64,000 nucleotides of DNA from Candidatus Omnitrophota bacterium (GTDB taxonomy: Bacteria; Omnitrophota; Omnitrophia; Omnitrophales; Aquincolibacteriaceae). Below are positions 53,901 to 56,900 of this stretch, in pieces. The stretch is taken from positions 448 through 64,447 of the forward strand of contig CAISGE010000021.1 in NCBI GenBank assembly GCA_903884815.1, in the 5' to 3' direction. Numbering within the stretch: position 1 is the stretch's first letter; each line of letters opens with the position of its first letter. The position numbers and the translations under genes are program-made. The notes beneath the pieces are model-generated. The model was not told the origin of the DNA. It made no database searches and saw nothing but the letters and a program-made list of their open reading frames with translations.

Positions 53901-56900
53901 CTGATGAAAATCCTTGCTCGGGGAAGTGATCTCGACCCGGCCGGCAACATCATCGAACTTATAAAAAAGAGCGTCGCCAGTATCAATGTTCCTGTAGATC
54001 ACGACACGCCCCTGGGCGTCATAGATCTGTTCATAGCGGACATTCTTTTCACGATCGTACCCACGGACAAAACGGAGCACGTCGTCCCCTGTTCCGAACC
54101 GCTTGTCGGCACCGAGGCCGAACACTTGCACAGAAAAGGGATCCTGTTCCAGCATGCCGTTCACATAACGGCGCGTCGTGAGCGTGACTTCATTGGTCGC
54201 ATCATTCCAGCCGAAGTCCGTGAGTGTCCTTTGCGTTGAAAATCCGGCGAGCTCTTCGGTCATGGCCCAGGTCTTTCCGTCGGCCTGAAGCAGTCGCCCC
54301 GCGGCATCGCGAAAATAATTCTTCTCCTCCGAAAGAACTGAAAGAAAATGGTTCTTCGAAGATCCGAGCTCCCCGCCCCCGAGATCGATCGTACTCCGGC
54401 TGACGATCCCCCCATTGCTGTCCGTTGCGTTGACCGTGACCTGACCGTTGGCATAACCATAAGTGTACGTTACCCCCGTCTCATCGGTCACAGAAGTGAT
54501 ACGGCCGCCCTGTAGAACGACGCCTGCCGCTTGGGAATTCAAATAAGCATCGTCAGCGGAAAAACCCACGATAAAGTCATCTTTGGTTCCATACTTCCCG
54601 TCTCCGCCGAGAGAAACCGTGCGGTCAACCTTTTTCGAAAGATCTGTCGAGTTGTTTTCGATATGCACGGTCCCCGATGAAAGATCGTAAGTGTAAGTCG
54701 TCAGAACATTCGAGATTTTGTCCAGTGAGGATGCGAGGCGAGTATTCGCAAAGACCTGGACCGTGCGACCATCGTCCCGGGATTCTAGCGTCCGTTCCTT
54801 CATCGGGTCCGAGTCTTTCCCATAGCTATAGGAATACGTGATCGGAGATTTTCCGTCGCCCTGCATCACTGTGATCGTCATCTGGTTCTTTCCAGCGCCG
54901 TAAAAGTTTTCGTTGTAGCTGAACGCCATAAGAATATTGCCTTGCGCGTCCGTAGCGTTCGTGATGCGGCGGCTTGCGCCAACATGATACGTGACGCCAT
55001 TGGTCGAGATCTGCTGAAGATTGTCGTAGCTGTCCTGACCGGTTTTCGAGAGATCGCTTTTGCCCCAGAGTTGCGTGACGCCGTCGATCGTGACCGAGAC
55101 CGTGCTGCCGTCCTGGCTATAGACAACGTTAGCGCCCGCGGCACCGACCGGAGCGGCGCCCTGCGAGAGGATTTCGGGCAGAATAGCCGGCGTCGGGACC
55201 GGGTCGCCGGCATTAAGCTCGGTAGCGCTGGAGTTCAAATTTGCACTGCCCCCGCCTCCCCCGCCTGCGGCATTACTATTCAGATCATCGATCAGTCTTT
55301 TGATCTTCCCGCCGAGATCCGTACATTCATCCTCATCCGCGAATGCGCTTTTAATGCAATCGCGGTCATAAGTTCGCAGGAGACGTTCCAATCGGTCCTG
55401 ATTCGGATCGAAAGAGCTGCTGCTGCCACCGCCTCTGATTGTACCCTGAACTGATGGCGTATAAACTTCGTCATCCGCGGTATAGATGATCCCGTCATTG
55501 CCATAACGTTTGTGAACCGCCGCCGCGCCATCTCCCAGCACATAGATTTTATTCACATCGTCAAAAGTCCCGGTCCGTAGCATCGCCCCCGGCATACCGT
55601 TCGAATCGAGTTTATAGATCGTGATCGTCGCGCCAGCGTCATAATCCAGCTCCACCACCTCCGACGTCGCCTCAAGATAGCGGTAGACCTTTTTCAGGGC
55701 ACCGTTGGCCGCATTCGAAACTCTTGTTTTGCGTCCCATGGCATCGTACTCGACGATAACGAATGAGCCGGATGTCTGCGTGTCGGGCTGGCGTGACTTC
55801 ACAAGCACCGCAGCCGATGTTCCCGCGGGGTCATAGGTATAATAAAAATCGGAACCATTGACCTCGATCACATAGGCTAGTGGCCCGTCACACTCGACCC
55901 GAAGTATCTTCAAATCCGTGGCCTTCACAAATTGCTGAGAGAAAACAGCCTCCAGCAATTTCCGGTTCAGGTATTTCAATTCCATTAACGTCAGGGTGCC
56001 TTGGGAATCAAGAGCTCTTGTCAGTAAGGACTTTGTCAGGCTGTCAAGACTCGCCTGCGTCGCGGCATCCGCCTGAAGGCGCGCATAATCCGCCGGAAGC
56101 ATCCGGATTGCCAGGATCTGATTCAGCGCGGCCACCCATTCCGCAGGGGTGACGGCCGTTCCCTGCCCAAGCTTTGCTGCGATAGCATCAAGTTTGCCCT
56201 GGCCCCATCCCGCAGACAATAAACTACTTGTCAGAGAGTTAGCCCTGAAGGTTCCTATCAAATCACCCGCAGAAAAATTGACCGAGCCGAATTGAGACCA
56301 GTCGATGCCGGTCCAATTGAGGAGGGCCGTTTGGGCGGCCACGAACCCCGGGGAGATCGCGGCGTCCGTAAAACCGTAATGAGGGATCAGTGTTGAGCTA
56401 TAGATTGGTATTTGAGCGATCCCGTCAAACCGGACCGGTTCGCTGCGTGTCACGTTCACCCCACTCTTCGCATAGACGCCTTGTTCGAGAAGTCTGAACA
56501 TGTTCGAAGCGGGATCCAAACTAAAAAGGGAGTAATGACCCGCCGTCGCGGATGTCGGGTCATAAGCATAGACCTTGGTGACAGGCGGAACCTGAGATCC
56601 GTCGATCTGGTAATCATATTCGACGGTCTTGAAGGTCCCATCCCCGTTGGGAATGCCCATTCTGACCGGCCGCGTTGTTTTTGCGACAGTGTCGTAAAGG
56701 CACGCATACTCGGCATTGCCGTATTTCACGATCACGGTGAGAAGATTGGGACTGGAGGCATCAGCGATCAAACGGACATTCTCCATCGCGACCGTAACGC
56801 CAAACTTGGCAAAGAGGTCATGCGCCGCATTAAACGCCAGCGCAGTGGTGGCAGCGCTGTAACCCGCACTGGGATAGAGGATCGAGGCCATAACCGAAAC

